Shown in pieces: positions 26,468 to 40,952 of a stretch of 64,000 bases of DNA. Every line of letters starts with the position of its first letter. Positions within the stretch are counted from its first letter, which is position 1. The translations under genes were made by a program, and so were the position numbers. The stretch is from Octopus vulgaris (taxonomy: Eukaryota): contig OX597817.1 of the NCBI GenBank assembly GCA_951406725.2, forward strand, positions 118,854,001 through 118,918,000. The letters run 5' to 3'. The notes beneath the pieces are model-generated. The model was given only the letters and a program-made list of their open reading frames with translations. It did no database searches and was not told the DNA's origin.

Positions 26468-29034
26468 ATATACAAATATATATATAGTTGTAAAAACAAT
26501 TTATCCGATAATAGCTATTTATAGTAGCATGAAAAAAATAGGCATGATGTAGCTAAAAATTTGTTGATTGAAGTCTAAAAGATAACTGATGAATGATGAA
26601 GAGTAAAAGTGCAAAACATCAGCTGCAAAACTGGGGAGGATTAACAAAGAGTGAACTGAGTAAACATAGAGTCTTTAACATATAAAGTCTTTTAGTGGGA
26701 AACTAAGATACCTGGAAAGAATATACTGTCATATAAAGGACCAAGGAATGCTGAATCTTTATAAAAATGGAATATTACTGATAAAGAAAACCATTGGTCT
26801 CCTTAAATCTTTTGACAAGTCTAGCTGAGATCATACATACCCCAGTCTCTATGAAAATAAACTAAAATCTTCCAATATAATTTAATGAAAGAATCTTTTC
26901 ATGAGTTATCTTAACACCAGCATGATAATGAAACAGTTATTAATAGAAGGCCATTGATAATGTATTTCATTAGAAATATAGTCATGACAGCATTGAGTTC
27001 TAGAGTGTAACTTGATAAATTCATCACCTTTCACTTAATATGTCTTAATATAAAATCGTAACATCATTATAAGTATGAAGTCCTATTAGTTATCACTCAA
27101 ATGCAATATTCATTTATTGTGTATTGGAAATAGTTTTGTGAGTTTTTCAAAGATCTTAATGTACACAGAAAAATAACTTCTTCAAAGTGAGGAGCTTAAA
27201 TTAGACAATCAGCACATGTCCTTTTGTTACCATTCTTACAACCAATTTCTTCAGCTATTGGTGATTGATACTGATCTATTCTATTGATTAGCTCATAAAT
27301 GTACTTGTATGATCCTCCTTACATGTATCTGGGTGATCTTTCACAGAACGTTATCAACAAATTTTATCTTTCTGATGTCATAATTTCTTGTTGTGTCATA
27401 ATCTTTGAAGTACTCATTCTATAAGCTACTATTATTCAATAGATAGTAGATATTATCCTGTATGCTATTTGAACTTCTCTTATAATACAACAAATAAAAT
27501 AAAACAGTTCTATATGAGGAATTATGTACATTATTTACATTTGACAGATATATCAGCCAAAACATTGTGTTAACAACAAACAAGATGAGGACAAATATCC
27601 ATCAACTGTAAATAATGTAAATCAAATAAGAACTTCATATAAATTCAAATCCAAATTCAAGAACCATTTTCTAAATGCTTATAAGTTTGTAGAATATAAT
27701 TCAGCACTTTCAAATTTAAATATAAAGGACTTGTAAACTGCTAAAATGACACCCTCTTCTTTTCTCATGGTTAAGAGCTAGTGATTGTGTGTGCATAAAA
27801 ATTTATTTAGGCTGTCCTAGAGGCCTGTTCCTTTAAGGTCATAACATGCAGCCACTTCTTCAGGTTAGACAACTTATAAATTAATCTTTAAGATTTTAAT
27901 ATAAATACAACATTATAGGCATTAGTCTAAGACAAGACTCACACTTTGTATCTATCACATTCTGGATGACTGCATTACTTATATCATGATGAAGCACCTG
28001 CCATTATTCTGTCAAATTAAGTGATAAAAATTTCAGTGGGTATAAATATACACTTATACTTCCATAAATATCTCCTGTCTTTCTCAGATAATTTTGAGTT
28101 CACTCAGTCATAGCTTCCCTGGTGGTTTGTCTCACAGCAGTTATTAATTTATTCAGTCAAAGACAGTACTGATGCTGCTCAATGGTAAACTCTGTCACCC
28201 TGTGATAATCAGCCATGCAAATAAAGACATTAGGAGAACTGTACCATGGGCTTAAATAAACACATCAGAGATTGTATACAAAACATTGGTTTGTACTTTT
28301 ATGGCTCATTTAATTGTTTACTAAGCCATTAAATCAGCCATTCATCATTTATTTACACTCATGAACAAATAGAATTATTTACCTTCTATAAACTTTAACA
28401 AAATTCACATTTTTGGAAACAAACATATGATTTACTTTCTTTGACTTATAGCTTAATTGATAAAAGAGACAGCAATACTAAATCAAATATTTGGCACCAA
28501 CATCGGGGGTGGGGGTATTGTTACACAAAGTGACTAACAAAGATTTGGTAGAACATTTCTGCAGTGGAAGAGAGAAAAAAAGAAAGCAATAAAACTAAAC
28601 AGTTTTCGTTTATGTTTCATTTATTGCTGCCTGAGAAATGCTGTTATTACAATAAGAAAAATGATAGTAGCAACGTGAAAAAAAATCTGATGAGATTACA
28701 GAAATACTAGAACTGAGACAAGAGTGCTGTATCTAACACTTAAGATGACAGATAGCTTCAGCAAGAACCTTCATATCCAGTAAAAGGAACAAATTCTTGT
28801 AAGTTATTCACAGCACAAGAGTTAGAGGAGTAAGCAAATTTTGGATAGAGAAATGGATCAATCTCAGAGGCAGTCAGAAAATATGACAGAATAGTTTAAC
28901 TATAGGCAATATCACAGCATCAATAATCTCTGCTAATACACTGATGGACTGTTTCTTACAATCTACATAAATTAACATAAATTTCATGAAATATGCAGAA
29001 TATTTCCTTGAAGTTGCTGCTATATGACTTTATT

Positions 29035-29760
29035 AGCAGGAAAGAAGGTGTTCTGAATGCATAGTAGCTGGACTAAGAAGAACAAGGTAGGAAAAAGTTC
29101 AGGGAGCTATTTCTTCTGCAAACAACTACAGGATCCTTTCTTAAGGCAAATAATATGATGTCTGTATATGAAAAGTGACACAGTGTGATAGAAAAGCATT
29201 GGCCTTAAATGAAGAAAACGTGAAAGTTGGCATGAAATGAAGTAAACGTGCTCCACTGGATGATACAGAACAAATAAACAATGAGAAAACTGGGTCCAAG
29301 AGGAATCAGATATAGTGTGCAAGAGAGAAGACAGTGATTGGTAGGTGTAGGTTGACAGTTGGGTAAAGTGTCAAGTAAATGGAAGAAACTTGTGTAAGAA
29401 GAAGGCTTAATCCTTTAGTATTTAAACCGGCCATATCCGGCCAAAATAGTTAATTTGCTTTATGTTCAAACTGACCAGATCCAGGCTCTCACACCTACCC
29501 TACAATGTTATTCTACATTAAGTAATTACACCATCAAGATCTTGAAGATATGAGATAATGCATGATTAATTAAAATCAATGGGAATCAATAGGCATTATG
29601 TTTGATAGAATAATCTGAATGCTAAAGGGTTAAGAAAACTTGTAAAGAAATGTTAGGAAATGATCTTTGGAAGCTGAGCCTCATAAAGAAGACATTATGT
29701 TAGAGATATAGTCTTTTAATGATTCCAGTCAGTGACCTATGGGTAAAAAGCAGCACATAA
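29035..29760 (+). mobile_element. Decayed RTE-clade LINE 3' fragment, interrupted by a MITE
   Basis: Broken frames give RCSECIVAGLRR..KFRELFLLQTTTG and, across the MITE, RRRLKKTCKEMLGNDLWKLSL, resembling the RTE C-terminal GRP.KTW...V..DL motif. Confidence 0.6.
29407..29633. mobile_element. piggyBac-type MITE (family P2)
   Basis: TTAA|TCCTTTAGTATTTA ... TGAATGCTAAAGGG|TTAA: TTAA duplication and imperfect 14-bp TIRs. Confidence 0.82.
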
Positions 29761-30136
29761 TGATTTATTCATATTTTCATGTGGTGCTTCTTTTCATTGC
29801 CTTTAACTATTGTTTTAATCTCTATTTCAAATTATATAGCTGGATTTTAAGTATCTTTTTTTTTTTTTCCCCTCCGGTATTGTATTTTATATTTAATCAT
29901 GTTTTAAGTTATCAAAAAATAATCTGGTTTTTTTTTTATATAAAAAGTTAAAAATCCAATAACATTATAAATCTTAAAACTATCATGGGAGAGAAAAGTG
30001 AGTTTTCATGTCATGTATTGTAACTACTTCATCAATCTTAAAATACTACCAAATCATACCAAAAGAACAATACAAACGGCCATCACATGGCTTTTGTTGT
30101 TAGAGTTAAGCGATCTTGGAGCTAATTTACACAAGT

Positions 30137-30765
30137 AGGTGCAGACATGGCAGTGTGGTAAGAAGTTTGTTTCCCAACCACATGGTTCCAGGTTCAGTCC
30201 CACTGTGTGGCACCTTGGGTAAATGTCTCCTACTATACGCTCATACTGAAAGAAGTCTGAGATGTGAATGTGTGTGTGTGTGTGTCCATGTTCATCACCC
30301 ACCAGTGCTTGACAAGCAGTGGTGGGTGACAAACATGAATGCAGCGGAGGATGTGTTTACATCCCTGTAACTTAACAGTAAGGTGGGGAGCTGGCAGTAT
30401 TGTTAGCACGCCGGACGAAATGCTTAGTGGCATTTCATCTGTCTTTACGTTCTGAGTTCAAATTCCGCCGAGGTCAACTTTGCCTTTCATCCTTTCGGGG
30501 TTGATAAATTAAGTATCAGTTACGCACTGGGGGTCGATGTATTGTACTTAATCCCTCGGTCTGTCCTTGTTTGTCCCCTCTATGTTTAGCCCCCTGTGAG
30601 CAAATAAAGAAATATGTAACTTAACAGTTCAGCAAAAGAGACTGATAGAACAAATACCAGGCTTAAGAAAATTAATATAAGTACTGGGGGTCAATTCATT
30701 TGACTAAACTTCTTCATAGCCGTATTCCAATACAGCTGCAGCCTAAGTACTGAAAGAATAAAATA
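30137..30765 (+). mobile_element. Family B SINE interrupted by a family A SINE
   Basis: Head at 30137-30379 and tail at 30629-30765 are colinear with 12387-12812. Confidence 0.8.
30380..30614 (+). mobile_element. tRNA-derived SINE, family A, nested in a family B SINE
   Basis: Full-length plus-strand copy with perfect 14-bp TSD TGTAACTTAACAGT (30366-30379, 30615-30628). Confidence 0.9.
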
Positions 30766-31257
30766 ATAGGAATAACAAAGGAGGATTTGTTGAGTGCTGC
30801 AATAGCTTGTGGCTATCGAAATATGATATTTCATACGACACTAATTGTGAAATCTTTCTTTTATTCTTAACATCAACCTCGAAAGATATAAAAAAGAAAA
30901 GATGCTAACACAAACAAAAGGTACTTGTGTGTTTTAATCAATTAATCTAAATTATATATTTGATGAACTACTGAATGCTGATGATTTCTTAGCAAGCTAA
31001 GTGTGTACTGCAGGCCCAGTTCCTTGGGGAGCCATTTAATTTCACTTATTCTTCAAATCTACAATTCCCTCGTTGTTGTCACCAGCTTGCAAAGGAATGT
31101 ACTTTTCCAAATTAGGTCAGTCTTGATATTCTTAATGAAGATAAAGATTTTTGGTGCTGACACAAGATGTGTTATTATTACTCACATATTATACATCCTC
31201 AACATATGTATAAAATAAGGGAGGGAGGGGGCACATTAAGATGAATTACTTTTATTT

Positions 31258-31610
31258 TTCCTTTTACTTGTTTCAGCCATTTGGCTGCGATCATGCTGGA
31301 GCACTGCCTTTTAGTTGAAGAAATCTCTTCTGCAGAACCACTGTTATGGGGATGTAAACACACCAACACTGGTTGTCAAGCGATGGTGGCAGGGACAAAC
31401 AGACACAAACACATGCACACATAAATACATACATATATATATATACATGACAGGCTTCTTTCAGTTTCTATCTACCAAATCTGCTCAGAAGGCTTTGGTC
31501 AGTCCAAGGCTACTGTAGAAGACACTGGCCCAAGGTGCCATGTAGCAGGACTGAACCCAGAACCATGTGGTTAGGAAGCAAGCTTCACACTACACAGCCA
31601 TGCCTGTGGC
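31258..31610 (-). mobile_element. Family B SINE
   Basis: Reverse-complement homology to family B; an extra head fragment lies at 31688-31748. Confidence 0.75.
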
Positions 31611-31958
31611 TATGTTTAATGTTTTTAAGGGAAATTACATAAGCTCGTATGCTGAATTTGAATGCTATTTAATTTAGAAGAATGAATAGAAGACACTCGC
31701 CCAAGGTACCATGCAGTGGGACTGAACGTGGAACCATGTAGTTCGTAAGAATGAATAGAGGTCTATGTGATTGATGAAGGATTTATATTTGTATAAACTG
31801 GTGAGTTATTAGGACAGTTTATTAATTAGGTTATTTGAATATTTGTGGAGGGACATGAATAATTATTTGTAAAGCTTAGTAAATATGTGTTTATCCCAGC
31901 ATGGACAATGAACAGTAAATTATTATGATGCATGTATACATAGGAGAAATAAGAATAA

Positions 31959-32019
<61 letters not shown>

Positions 32020-32270
32020 AAAATGTCCATAGTTTGCAGCTTTGTTTGTTTGCGTTTATGTGCACTTTTGTACAAATATGTATTGTTTTCCATCAATTAC
32101 TGTGTGTAAATAGAGAGGTTATTTGTGTGTTTGATTCCGGCAATGTTAACTATATATTTATATGGAGCATATTAGTGTGCATATATGAAGCCATGGCTCC
32201 TATCATACTTGTTTGTGTTGGTGCATGCAAAGCAAACAATCTATGTTTGTGTGTGTTTGTAAGCAATCTA

Positions 32271-32471
32271 TACTCTTTACTTGTTTCAGTCATTTGACTG
32301 TGGCCATGCTGGAGCACCGCCTTTAGTTGAGCACATCGACCCCCAGGACTTATTCTTTGTAAGCCTAGTACTTATTCTATCGGTCTCTTTTGCCAAACAG
32401 CTAAGTTACGGGGACACAAACACACCAGCATCAGTTGTCAAGTGATGCTGGCGGGGACAAACACAGAAACA

Positions 32472-32519
<48 letters not shown>

Positions 32520-32688
32520 CATACGACGGGCTTCTTCTAGTTTCCGTCTCCCAAATCCACTCACAAGGCTTTGGTTGGCTTGAGGTCATAGGAGAAGACA
32601 CTTGCCCAAGGTGACACGCAGTGGGACTGAACCCGGAACCATGTAGTTCATAAGCAAGCTACTTACCACACAGCCACTCCTACTCCTA
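32271..32688 (-). mobile_element. Family B SINE (young, full length)
   Basis: Near-complete reverse-complement match to 12387-12812. Confidence 0.85.
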
Positions 32689-33389
32689 TGTCTAAACATT
32701 TTTTAAATGAACTTTATAAGATTATACTATATATTTTGTGGTGACAAAACTGATGATGATGATGACGATGACGAAAATACCGACAACAATCATGACAACG
32801 GCAATGATGAAGATGATAATGATGAGACAATCATAATGAAGAAGATGGTGATAAAATTTCATGAAATTAATTCTCATGAAAGTCTCCATTAACAAAGTTT
32901 ACAGACAAGTCTTAGTCTCAATATAAATGAGAAATATGAAGAAGGCTGCCAACATATATCTCCTAGAATTTAATCTTCTCTACTACATACACAACTATGT
33001 GTAGTGATGCAGCAGCAGAAGAAACAGTAGTAGTAGTAGTGTTAGTAGTAGTAGTAGTATTAATGATATCATCTATCAAAAGCAGGCAGATGCTAGAGAG
33101 ACCGGTACCCCACCAACAACAACAACATACAGCCATTTCTTCAGTGTGCATATATATATATATAAAATGAAATAAAAACACAATAAATAAAGAAATGAAA
33201 ATAAACTTGTGATGCATTTTTATGACTGCATAGAGAGAAATAGAGATAACAATACTGGAGTAGAAATGCTTTCTCATTTGGCTATTGTTATTTCTTCTTC
33301 AGACACAAGGAGTCATTTACAAACTAAAGACTTGCCAAACTACATCTGGATCTTGTGTTCGTGTGTATTGGAGTGATTGCAAATATATA

Positions 33390-33409
33390 AGTATGTGTTT
33401 GTGTGTATG

Positions 33410-33462
<53 letters not shown>

Positions 33463-33646
33463 ATGTATGTATATATATATATATTTATATAAGTGTGTAT
33501 TACATGCACACACATATGCTAATAGGCAATTTATAAATATTCTACATTCAAGTACATGGAAGCATTTTATATACAGCCATATGTATGTGTATTGCATTAT
33601 ACATGTATATATATAAATATACACTAATATGTATGTACATATACAT

Positions 33647-33691
<45 letters not shown>

Positions 33692-33713
33692 CATATATAC
33701 AGACAGATATATC

Positions 33714-33747
<34 letters not shown>

Positions 33748-33830
33748 CATACCTCCACACACACATATATATGCATATACACATATATACCCATGCAGAT
33801 ATGTACATATAAATAAATACATATACAAAT
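33390..33830. repeat. Compound (TA)n/(CA)n/(TG)n microsatellite field
   Basis: Alternating purine-pyrimidine runs that generate the many YIYI/HTHT pseudo-ORFs. Similar runs at 12551, 23948, 31971, 49320, 54084, 58807 and 62183; (AAT)n at 3483 and 25532. Confidence 0.95.
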
Positions 33831-34828
33831 GCCCATTCCCAAACAGCAAAAAAAAAAGAAAAGAATAACACATGCACATAAACAAATAATCCCCTAGCCC
33901 TCATTATTTTCTCTCCTTCATTTTTATTCTACATTTGTTTTTCACACACATACACATGAATACAGTCATTCATGAAGACACATACAGATAAAACACTTAT
34001 TAAACAAGAATACTGATGTCTATCTTTTGTCTGCCTACCTATTTTATATCCCATTTGCAATGTTGTTTTGTAGTTGATGTTTGGCCATATTTCATTGTCA
34101 TACTGGAGCCAGAGAGTTTAGACAAATTAACCAAAATGAACCACACCATACAAAATATTCAATAATCAGAGAATTTTCTCTTTTTTTTTTCTTCTGATTT
34201 TGATTGTATGTATGATTCTGTGCATGTATGTGAGAAGAGATATATGCATATAAGATTATATGTATATATAGATACATACACATTTGTATACCATATGGCC
34301 AGATGTTAATGACTTTGTCTAGTCAGAAAAGGTTACTGTATATGTATACACACACATAAATCACATTATATGTGTGTATATGTGTGCTTGTATCATAATC
34401 AACTGTTCGACTATTTTACATCTACTTTCTTTTAGCTGTTATGGGTTGGACAAGACTTCTTGAAGCATTATTCTGTAGCTAAATAGCCTTCCTGCCAATA
34501 ACCCTTACTTGCATGTATGTACACACACACACACACGCACAGATGACAGCTTTCCAAACAGTTTCCGAGTACCAAATTTCACTTACAAGATAATTGTTAA
34601 CAAGGGGCTATAGAAGAAGACACTTGCCTAAGATGCCATACCATGAGATTGAACCCGAAACAACATGACTGTAAAGTAAATTTCTTAATCATACATACAC
34701 ATGTACATAAGGAGTTTGAGGTGTCAGGGAGGTGACAGTACATTTGACAGTCACTTTACCAATGCTTTTAAAGATGACTTGCTTGCACTTGAAACTCAGT
34801 TCTCACATATTGTTCCATGAGCTGTTTT

Positions 34829-35110
34829 AATAATAATAATAATGAAATTATTGTATACAGTGCGCAGGTGCACCACAACTTGTCAAAAGTGCATATAAAG
34901 CATATGCAGTAATGTACAAATTTCTGGGAAGTGAACAGTGTATGAGTCAGATACATGCTTGCATGTGTATAGAAGGGAGAAAATCAGATGTAGTGTTGGC
35001 GAATCTCAGGAAGCATGGAAGTTTTGAAGGATGCAGTGCTCCGACAACTAACAACCGATGCCGGCAGTTTGTTCCATACTTCAGCAACTCTTAGCATGAA
35101 AACATGTTTC
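34829..35110 (-). mobile_element. 3' end of a CR1/L2-type LINE (ORF2 C-terminus, 3' UTR and (ATT)n tail)
   Basis: Minus strand reads KHVFMLRVAEVWNKLPASVVSCRSTASFKTSMLPEIRQHYI*, the typical RV..WN.LP..VV...S...FK ORF2 end. Tandem ATT tail at 34829-34843. Confidence 0.8.
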
Positions 35111-38100
35111 CTGCAACAGTGTACCACCACCTAGGTAACAATATTGACTAAGCAAAATTGTGGGTAGCTGATCAGTCTTAGACTCACACTAATCAGGGGA
35201 TTACCAACCTATGCATATGAAGACTAAATTTCCAGCAGACAGCACAGATGAAACCCAGCCATTACTTTCAATTGACAGAAAGGTGATATGCAGACATGTC
35301 ATTGTAGTATGTGCACTTCAGAGCACAGAGAAGCTCATAGATTTGCACTAGTCATTCCACTACATCCCTGGTACCTTCACACTAACCATCTTGGCCTTGC
35401 TTTGACTTGGAAGATAATAGAGAGCAACTCTGTGGCTATAATCCAAAGCCAGTGCAACCCCAAATTTTGAAAATGTTCTGTGGTGACGGGGGAGTTGCAT
35501 ATTAGTGAGAGAGATTACATCAGTGATGCAGTTGCAAATGTGCACACTGGAAGTTCAGGCCATAAGATTGTTATCTACAGGACTGAATCAGCAGCTGGTC
35601 TGGCAGCCCTTTTCTAGGATCTCTCTACTTGCCTAAGTTCTGAGTCTTAATCATCTGCAATAAAAAGGCGGGTGGGTTCAAACAACAATGTACATTTTAT
35701 TCAATCTATATATTTTGTTGTATTTTATTTAGGTAGGTCCTCTGCCAATAAGAACTCAAGCACTGGTGGCAGTGGACTCTTTCTTGTTACTATTAACTTG
35801 TCTGTTAATTAATTATTTATTGACTAACTTGGCTAAATATTTTTCAAATATTTTTCATTACACATCTGAGGCCTCCTTGATTTAATTTCTCGTTATAAAA
35901 CTGATTTATGTTTGTTTTCTGTATGTCACCCTATGTATGGCTCACACACACACACACACACACAAACACACACACTTGATACTACATGACACTTGGCAAT
36001 ATGCAGCTAGCAAACACAAGTTAGAAAAATCCGTTGGGAAATGAAAATTCAAATTATTGAGAAGGTCACAGATGTGTGACAATAAATTTTTTAACAAACC
36101 AAAATAACTTGTCAATAATTGAATTATCAATTATAATAAATTAACAGTAACAATAATGAAGTCAACTACAACACTTGTAATGTGTTTGCTAAAATACACA
36201 CACTACAAGTGCATTTATTTTTATTGAGCAAATGACCTTTTCAAAGAATAACAATATCTTCTCCAACACCTGGTTTCACACAGAAGCTATGTGTATGTGT
36301 ACACACACACACTTCTGTTGATGATAATTAATTCTAAGGTCATAAGCTAAACGGTCTATGAATAATAGAAAAATTCAAAAGTATTCTGAGCTTTTGTTTT
36401 TCTTTATCGTTTTTATAAAATGAATAAAAGATTAATAAATTCAATAAAAATTTACAAATAAAAGCGTATCGTTAATAATATAAATGAGTAGAAAGTTAAT
36501 TTCAAGGAGTACTATTTCAGCATATAATTTTGTGAATATACTTGGGATTTGAGAAAAAAGAAAAAAGAAATACGAAAAGATTTTGTACACTACTATTTTA
36601 ATTTTTCTTAACTTTATAATCTCATGAGAATTCTTGAAATGCACAACTCTTAAACAATATTTTTTAAAATTTTATGCATGTTCATTAAAAATATAATTTT
36701 ATTTAAGAACTTCTTAAAAATACAATTTTATTGTGAGTACTCTTCAATAATCTATGAAGGAAAATACATTAAAATAATTTTCTATTCATACTGCTCCAGT
36801 GACATTGCAGGACTTGAACTCAATTGCAAACTAACACAATGCTAATTAATTATGTTGTGCTCTTATTGCTTACAGTAGTGAACTGTCCTGACTCATTTAA
36901 TATATTTACAGGTCAATGAATACATCAGTGAGTTTTGCATGCTCATGGTTACTATTTACACTAAAGTGGATTGAATCAGTGAGAGCTCAGTATTTGAATT
37001 GTAGTAATAAATACAGCATTGAAGTAAGATTCAAAGTGTTCACTCTTAAGCTCGTTGTCTCATATAATTTGATAGAATGATATCTGTAATTTACGATAGT
37101 GTGGTACCTTGGTACAATTTGAAAGGTAACATTTAGTATTTCTAACAAATATTCTTCATTTTCTAACTTAGTTTCTTCCATTCTAAGTTTTATAACACTT
37201 ATACAGCTATTGGACAATTATCCTAATGTATTGTTATAATTTGGAAGAACCAACTTTAAAAAATATCAAACATATGCAGACTTAAAACAATAATTATTAT
37301 TACTATTAATTATAATACATTATTATTAAAGGGATGGGGAAAATTTTGACTGAACTTAATTTCCTCAAGTTGTTTCTTTGACAAAGAAGGGCATCTTACT
37401 ATGAATATACTTGCATCTGAAAAGTATCCAAAAATATTGAGCCATATGTGCTAAAAATTGTCTCAGTTTAAAGTGTTCAGTGGTAGAGACACATTTCTAT
37501 CTGTGGATAGGTCTACCACAAGGTATATCTATCAATAAGATTCTTAAATTCAGCAATCTGCGAAGTTAATTAATCATTTGTTAATTACATAGTGCTCCTG
37601 GTGCTTGTAGTTATGAGAACTATCTTCTATGTGGATTGGGTTATCTCAGAAACAAGTACAAAGATTTGTAGTATAAGTGCAAGGATTTGAACTGTCAACA
37701 CTTGACTGGAATTCTAAAAAGTCAGTCAGTTGTGACTCTCAATAATGATATTGATAAAATAAACGAACTGTTGACAATGTAACGAATGTAAATTGGGACA
37801 TTCTAAATTAATGTAAAAAAGTAACAGAAGTTAACAGCATTCTTTTATTTTCTTATTCTAATATACATGTTTTAAGAAACAGTGCTATTTTTCATTTTGT
37901 GGTTATTTTGTAGAATAAGTTCCTCACATAAAGCCTAAATTTACTATATTCAACTTGAGGACTTCATAACATACATAATTAAAATACAATTACAAACCAT
38001 TTGGTAATACACCTGAATATTTATTTTGGACCAGATGCCTATATAACATTCTAAACATATATGTTTGTAATGTCTAAAATAGTGAAGTATCATTGGGGAT

Positions 38101-38321
38101 AATAATTAATCCCTGTGTAAAAAGATGTGGGCATTCTCCAATGATAGAGAATGTAATAGTCTTTATTTCTGACTAAAGCGGTCTAAACAAGAAAATCCTA
38201 AGGTACAACATTTTTAGATATTCTAAGATCACTGTTGAATTTAATCCATGTGACAACAGTTTGTTCACATTATAGCCAAATAGAACTCTCCAACTACAAA
38301 CTAACACAGTCTTTATATAAC

Positions 38322-38603
38322 ATCATCATCATCATTTAATGTCCACATTTCATGCTGGCATGGGTTGGATGGTTTGACAGTAGATGTCTGGGTAGAAGAC
38401 TGCAGCAGGCTTCAGTGTCTATTTTGGCATGCTTTTTACAGCTGGATGCCCTTCCTAACACCAACCACTTTGCAGAGTGGACTGAGTGCTTTATACGTGA
38501 CACAAGGAGGTCAGTTTTGGCATGATTTTTACAGCTGGATATAGTTCCAAATGCCAACTACTCTATAGTGTGTCACTGGATGCTTTTTATGTGGTGCCAG
38601 CAT
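38322..38603 (-). mobile_element. SINE-like family C (older copy, internal duplication)
   Basis: (CAT)nTTAATGTCCACATTTCATGCTGGCATGGGTTGGATGG; TTTTGGCATG..TTTTTACAGCTGGAT occurs twice. Confidence 0.7.
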
Positions 38604-39195
38604 TCATTCCTAATTGAAAATTCAAAAGGATATTACGTAGATGAGTTAGAAAATATCTTTAGCTTCTAGGCAAGGTATAATTACACATAGACACATTTCA
38701 TATAAGCGAAAGGAATATATGGCAGCACTTTCTAAGATGGTTATCTGTGAAAGTCTACCACTTTATAAATGGGGAAAAACTATAACATCCATACTTGAAC
38801 AACAGTTCCATCAATCCTTTATGATTTGCAAAATAATTATTATAGAGAACTAAGCAGTTTAATTTGATAGTTTAATCTGAATAGATTACTGTTTTCTTTT
38901 TGAAAATAGGTTTTGTTGTATATTTAGAAGTTAGCTCATTAACAATGACATTGTGTTAAAAATGATATTTCATGCAATATTCTGAAGCTTATAGAAGAAC
39001 TCTTTCGTGAAAGGAGCCACAAAATTTATATTTACAAAGAAATAATACAGAAGTGAATATATGTATGTAGGCGTGATATAGCTGAGTTTCTTTTCCCTCC
39101 CATTTCCCAAAGTAATTCAGCTATGAATCAGAGTACTAATAACAGTTGAATAAATAACATTAAGAATTGGTAAATCTAACAAAATATTATTATTA

Positions 39196-39227
<32 letters not shown>

Positions 39228-40340
39228 GTTATTATTATTATTATAAAATTGCTAGAGTGATTTATACACTTTACAGATGGTTTTAAGCAATTACACACCT
39301 CACTTATCAGTCTTTTAACTGAATAACAACTCTTTGTTGTGTTGAAAGAAAAAGATGATATCAATCACAGAAAGGATTTTGTATTTGTTTTTCATGTCTC
39401 CACCTACCAAGTTCATGCTATGTTTATTTAAATTTGGAACAAACAAAAATTAAAACAGTAACCAAATAGACTTATCAAAAAAAAAAAAAGAAAGAAAGAA
39501 AATGAAAGATGTTAATTTTAACTGATGTCTTAATCAAATGTTTTTCTGTATTAGTTTGAGAACAGAGGGCAATGTTTATAGATTCCTTAGGCACTCCTAC
39601 ATTTGTCAGTGAATGATTACTAGGTAAATGCATTGCAGTTAATATTCAATTTGAATTCTTGAACGATAGTGACTAGAGTGGTGGGGATGGAGTGGGAAAA
39701 GTTCTTTAGAGATATACGGCTTCCTGAAAGACAGATTGCCTTAGTACAAAGTCTGTCAACAATTGGTTTTCATACATACATACATACATATATATACACA
39801 CATACATATATACACACACAAACAGATGTCTAAGAACACAAACGTGCATATACATAAATGTATATACATATATACATACACATCCGATGTGTACATGTAT
39901 TCTTGTGTGTGTGTGTGTGTGTGTGTGTGCATGAGTGCGTGTGTGTATGTGTGCACTTCATCATATTATTGCCCATTTTTAATGCCTGCATGGGTAAGAT
40001 AAAATTTATTGAGGTAGGTTTTCTATGGTTGGATGCTCTCCAGGCAAGTCAATACTGAGCCAACTCCTTTGAACACAAACAGCACAAACAACCAAGCATA
40101 CATATCAAATGCATACAGATAACAAGTTTGGATTAAGAACAAGGAAATGTCCTCCAAAACAGAAAGACCTGGAAGCATTTTTGATGGTGTGCATATAATT
40201 TCAATAAAGATGATGATGATGTACCCCAGGAATTCATGTAAATAAATCTGATTTTAGAACAAGAAGAGATATTTAACAAATGAAGAACTAGGGCCTTTAA
40301 ATCAAGTTTTTTTTTTATGAGTTGGTAAAGAGTCAGCTTC

Positions 40341-40550
40341 GGTAGTATCTCAAGTTTCCTATTTAAGAAGTACCATATTTTTATGTTAGTAATATATCTT
40401 TTTCATTTTCAAATTTAGTTTATACAGCACTTCCTGTTGGTAACATTCCACATTTGATATTGGTAACATTTTCCTGTTGGTAGTGTAGAATCTTTGATGT
40501 TCCATTTTGAGAAATAGTACACTGTGTTCTGTTTTCTATGGTTTAGCACA
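40341..40550. repeat. 210-bp direct duplication, copy 1
   Basis: Matches 41860-42069 with one difference seen (ATACAGC versus ATACGGC). Confidence 0.93.
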
Positions 40551-40678
40551 GATCACAGTGGAGAATATTTACCTCCATACATACCATGCATTATAGTTAG
40601 AGAACACAAATTTAATATTTCTGGTAATACCAAATGCAAGTTAATCAACCCCATGGAAACTAATTTAGGAATAGTTAG

Positions 40679-40952
40679 CAAGCCTTGTGAGTGGATTTGG
40701 TAGACAGAAACTGAAAGAAGCCTGTCGCATAAATGTATATGTGTGTGTGTTTGTGTGTCTGTGTTTGTCCCCCCAACATCGCTTGACAACTGATGCTGGT
40801 GTGTTTACATCTCCACAACTTAGCAGTTCAGCAAAAGAGACCGATAGAATAAGTACTAGGCTTCCAAAGAATAAGTCTTGGGGTCGATTTGCTTGACTAA
40901 AGGCGGTGCTCCAGCATGGCCACAGTCACATGATTGAAACAAGTAAAAGAGT
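40679..40952 (+). mobile_element. 5'-truncated family B SINE
   Basis: Begins at CAAAGCCTTGTGAGTGG and ends at AAGTAAAAGAGTAA. Confidence 0.8.

Noticed and set aside
33285-33904. Cluster of overlapping ORFs up to 181 aa
   Set aside because: [12 protein letters not shown] peptides generated by dinucleotide microsatellites.
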